A stretch of DNA of 20,000 nucleotides from positions 56,293-76,292 of IMG/VR virus record IMGVR_UViG_3300029925_000021, one strand, 5' to 3'. A model generated the notes under the pieces. The model was given only the letters and a program-made list of their open reading frames with translations. It searched no databases and had not been told where the DNA came from. Shown one piece after another: positions 16,733 to 20,000 of this stretch. Made by a program: the position numbers and the translations under genes. Source of the stretch: an uncultured virus (IMG/VR IMGVR_UViG_3300029925_000021). Its lineage: Duplodnaviria > Heunggongvirae > Uroviricota > Caudoviricetes. Position 1 is the stretch's first letter. The number at the start of each line of letters is the position of its first letter.

Positions 16733-19700
16733 TTATACCGTATTAAAACCGAAGGATTCTTTGGTCTCTCCAGTGATAGGATTGATAGTGTTTATTAATG
16801 CTCTCTGTATCTGACCTTCAACAAGTTGTGCAAGTGCTGGTTGCATATTTTCAAATGCTTCTGCACCATTGATGACTACGTTGACTTGTATTGGTGCAGA
16901 CTCAATTTGAATCGTCTCTGGTATGTTAATATTTTGTAATTGCTTCGCTAAGTTATTAAGTCCATTAAGAGCTACTGTTAACTGGTTTGCAGCACCAGCA
17001 AATCCATTAAGGGCATTTATACCTTGAGGATTTAATAACCCTCCCTGACCTCTTACCTTGCGGACTCTACCTTCCGCGACGTTCTGAAGACCGCCTCCGT
17101 TTGGATCTCTCCCTAGTCTTCTATCCTCGTGCCTCTGATCACGGGCCGCTTCTTCTTCTCTAATTCTAGCCTGATTTGCTTCATGAACGGCTTGTCTTTG
17201 TCTTGGTCCAGGGAGTTGCTGTGGAACTCTAGCGGCTTGAGCTTGCCGTTGAGGAACAACACCCCCGCCTCCTCCAGCCAGTCCTCGTATAGCATTTAGT
17301 TGAGCATCAAATAGTTTATTTAAATTACCTAGTAGATTATCAGACTGAGTTTGTAAGACCCCTACTTGCTGATCTAAAGCAAACAACTGTTTATCAGCCA
17401 ACTGCTGGAACGTTTTAATTAAATTAGCTTCTTGATCTTGACCTTCTAAGTCTCCAAAAAACTTCTGCAAGAACTTACCAGCAGGACCAGCCTTGTCTAG
17501 TCCTAACGCGTCTAGATTCCCTTTTGCTACTCTGTCTCTAGCCGCCCTAGCCTGCTCCTTTGGAAGTAAGTTTATGATATCATTTAAGAACTTGTTGCCA
17601 GCAGCGAATCCTTTAGCATCTACCTTACCTCCACCTAGTATAGCAGCGGCTCCAGCTATGCCTCTGTTAAGCTCGGCTGCTGCTTTAGGATCAAGTTGTG
17701 CGGCGCGTAAGTTTGCAACGAACCCACGGCCCTTTTCTCTTCTTTGCTGAATCTCTGCAATCTTACCTTCTATTGCTGTTAAAGCATTAGTACTCGTAGC
17801 ATTTAGTTGTAAAGCTTTTTCTAGTTCTTTACCTTGACGGGTGTTGTCAGCAAATTCAGCGATCAGTTCTGTTTGTTCTTGTCGTCCAGCGTCTGGTTGT
17901 CTAGCTCTTATAGCTTCATTTCTTCTCTGTAGGGAGATAAGACGATCTGCCAGAACCCTTGAGTCTGTTGACCCACCAGCCCCACCTCCTAACGACGCGT
18001 CACGAACTCTTGCTTCTGTAATGCCTAGTATATCCTGTATGCTTACTTCTTTACCTTGTAAGCCTTTTAGTTGATTAGCTCTCTGGGCTGTGATTTGTAC
18101 TATTCTATCTTGTACGTCAGCAGCTTTTAGTTGAGACTGAGCATATAGATTTGCGTTCTTGGCAAATTCGTTTATAACTTTTTCTACACTATTAACCGCT
18201 GCGGAAAGTGCGTCTTGAGCCTTTTTAGTTGCTGGAGTAGCAGTTGTACTTACGACTTTATCTATCTGACTTTGAGTTACACCCTTAGCCTGTCTTTTAC
18301 CTCCAAACAATTGTCTAGCGCTAGATTCGAATTGATTCCTGATTACGTCTCCCAATCCTCTTAGAATATCGCTGTCTTTAAGAGCATTCTCGAATACTGT
18401 TGCAGCGCTATCTGCATCAACCGCACTTCCTTTAGCAATAGCTTCGGCTAAAATGGCCGCGCCTTCATTACGTAGTATACTAGCATCGTTAAACGCTTTT
18501 TCTAGTTTATCAATATCTGAACCACCACCAGTGAAACTTCTTAATTGATTAAAGCTTTGGTCAATCTGACCTTGTCCCACAATTCCAAGATTCTTACTGA
18601 GCTTATTAAACTTTACCGTAGCGATACTATTAAAGCCATTAGCTATGGTGTCTAGCGATGCTCGAAACGACTGTCCTGCTGTTGCTGCTACTGTAGCTTT
18701 AGAAGCCATATTTAATAGGTCAATTCCTAGTAAGTCCATCTCTTTACGAGCCTCGCCAGCCGCTTTTGCCGACGCAAGTAGTTGATCCTGTAAAAGCTTG
18801 TCCGCACTTATTCTGTCCGCTATGACTAAACCTAGCGCAACATCATCAGGACGGTCTGCATCAGGAGCTGCTAGAAAATTCTTTCTACTAGCATCATCTA
18901 AAGATCCTATAAATGCCAGAGCGTCTTGTCTGGATGTACCACCAGATAAATTTTTGAATCTATCTGCACCTGTTGCTCCGCTGGCAACATTCTTCTTTAC
19001 CTCACTCAAAAATAATTCAGCAGCTTGCTTCTGTGCGTCTTGTGCTTTGACACTGCGGTCTTGTAGTTTCTTTTGGAACTTTTTCTGCTCCTTCATAGTG
19101 TCAAATGCCAACTTGAAAAATAGTGCTTCCTTTGCTCTTTCTTGAGGATTAAGGTCTTCGGTAGACCCAAATGCATTGCTTGTAGGAGTCTCAAATCTTA
19201 ATACGGCAAGCTCTTTCTTTAACTGTGGTATGGATTCTGAAACACGCTGGGAAAAATCTTCTTGGGAAATTATATTATTGGAAAAGCTAGATATAGAATC
19301 ACCTAGTTCATTGATAATTTTTTCTATTCTTGCGTCTCGTAGGTCATCAGTAGCCTGCTTAAAAGCCTGTTGGTATGATACGATTGCTCCTACTAATCCA
19401 CCTACAGCGGCCCCTACTGCCGTTCCAAGTCCAGGAGCTATAATTGAACCTAGCGCAGCTCCAGCGGTTCCTCCAGCTATTGCTCCAGTAATACCAGCTC
19501 CAGCTCCTGCCGCCTTAGCAGTTTTTGTACCTATTGCTTGTTGTAATATAGGAGCGGCTATTAGTAGTCCGATGGCAGCTCCTCCAAATCCAGCTCCATC
19601 AACGCCAGCTCCAACTCCACCTCCAGCTCCAGCTCCAGCTCTAGCTGCTTTACTTTTAGTCCTTAGTGAAGATAAAGTACTCGCTCTCTGCTTTTGGATT

Positions 19701-19999
19701 TGTGTTATCTTTGCGTTTTCTGCGTTAAGCTGCTTCTGACCAAAGATGCCTCTTTTATTGACCGCTGCAACTTCCTTCTCAACTCTAGCTAGTTGTGTTA
19801 CGGTTAAAGTTCTTTTTCTTACCGCTAATACTTCTTTTTGAGCTGCGGAAGCTGAACGTATCGCCACACTTTGAAATGGCCGAGAACTTGATCCACGTAA
19901 TCCTCCAGGTGGGAAGTCACCACTCTGCATACCAACAGGACCACCAGCAGCAAATCTCTCGGAAGAACTCTTACGAACAACAAAACTACCACTCTCCAA
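16733..19999 (-). CDS. Tail tape measure protein, C-terminal portion (start lies beyond the window)
   Basis: Frame is open to the window edge. A/G/Q/K-rich and helical; FAAGGPVG and GSFVVRKSS motifs; hydrophobic GAALGSIIAPGLGTAVGAAVGGLVG stretch; terminal IQVNVVING..LVEGQIQRAL; upstream of Dit- and hub-like genes. Confidence 0.88.
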   Translation of the reverse strand: MESGSFVVRKSSSERFAAGGPVGMQSGDFPPGGLRGSSSRPFQSVAIRSASAAQKEVLAVRKRTLTVTQLARVEKEVAAVNKRGIFGQKQLNAENAKITQIQKQRASTLSSLRTKSKAARAGAGAGGGVGAGVDGAGFGGAAIGLLIAAPILQQAIGTKTAKAAGAGAGITGAIAGGTAGAALGSIIAPGLGTAVGAAVGGLVGAIVSYQQAFKQATDDLRDARIEKIINELGDSISSFSNNIISQEDFSQRVSESIPQLKKELAVLRFETPTSNAFGSTEDLNPQERAKEALFFKLAFDTMKEQKKFQKKLQDRSVKAQDAQKQAAELFLSEVKKNVASGATGADRFKNLSGGTSRQDALAFIGSLDDASRKNFLAAPDADRPDDVALGLVIADRISADKLLQDQLLASAKAAGEARKEMDLLGIDLLNMASKATVAATAGQSFRASLDTIANGFNSIATVKFNKLSKNLGIVGQGQIDQSFNQLRSFTGGGSDIDKLEKAFNDASILRNEGAAILAEAIAKGSAVDADSAATVFENALKDSDILRGLGDVIRNQFESSARQLFGGKRQAKGVTQSQIDKVVSTTATPATKKAQDALSAAVNSVEKVINEFAKNANLYAQSQLKAADVQDRIVQITAQRANQLKGLQGKEVSIQDILGITEARVRDASLGGGAGGSTDSRVLADRLISLQRRNEAIRARQPDAGRQEQTELIAEFADNTRQGKELEKALQLNATSTNALTAIEGKIAEIQQRREKGRGFVANLRAAQLDPKAAAELNRGIAGAAAILGGGKVDAKGFAAGNKFLNDIINLLPKEQARAARDRVAKGNLDALGLDKAGPAGKFLQKFFGDLEGQDQEANLIKTFQQLADKQLFALDQQVGVLQTQSDNLLGNLNKLFDAQLNAIRGLAGGGGGVVPQRQAQAARVPQQLPGPRQRQAVHEANQARIREEEAARDQRHEDRRLGRDPNGGGLQNVAEGRVRKVRGQGGLLNPQGINALNGFAGAANQLTVALNGLNNLAKQLQNINIPETIQIESAPIQVNVVINGAEAFENMQPALAQLVEGQIQRALINTINPITGETKESFGFNTV

Positions 20000-20000
20000 C

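Noticed and set aside
19490..19650. CCAGCT-type short tandem repeats
   Set aside because: They simply encode Gly-Ala runs in the tape measure protein; not a CRISPR, VNTR or regulatory array.
19176..19739. 187-aa + strand ORF, and others at 17493-19145
   Set aside because: Antisense shadows of the Ala/Gly-rich tape measure gene, with no recognisable motif.
1..20000. Stop-codon reassignment (TAG or TGA), as in some large phages
   Set aside because: Standard-code ORFs tile the window almost completely. TGA, TAA and TAG (5387, 5920) all end genes at sensible junctions.
1..20000. Apparent absence of CTGCAG, GGATCC, CTCGAG and GTCGAC
   Set aside because: Expected counts for 6-mers in 20 kb are only a few, and my manual scan is not reliable enough to claim avoidance.

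Overview
This window looks like part of a large tailed dsDNA phage genome (or an intact prophage): dense coding, standard genetic code, and no rRNA, tRNA or CRISPR array seen. Two gene blocks converge on an intrinsic terminator at ~9961-9987. The + strand block (1-9932) is an almost gap-free run of overlapping genes. It opens with a 5'-truncated sigma-70-family factor, followed by nine glycosylation-type genes (398-7959): two GT4-like glycosyltransferases, further GT-B, CgeB and GT-A-like proteins, a methyltransferase-like protein, a LicC-like nucleotidyltransferase and a stand-alone GT-B N-terminal domain. It ends with a NUMOD3/Vsr(DUF559)-type endonuclease, a Rad52-like annealing protein and a Zn-ribbon protein. 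The - strand block (9986-20000) is a tail module: tape measure protein (truncated), a 524-aa protein of about four tandem tube/Dit-like modules, a small basic orphan, a 1503-aa hub/tail-tip protein with C-terminal Cys-containing fibre-like repeats, and a small Cys-rich protein. The best candidate for a new system is the sigma-linked soluble glycosylation operon, in which most members lack canonical catalytic residues, suggesting a multi-subunit complex. The tetranucleotide CCGG also appears completely absent from the 20 kb. All family calls come from reading motifs by eye, not from database searches.
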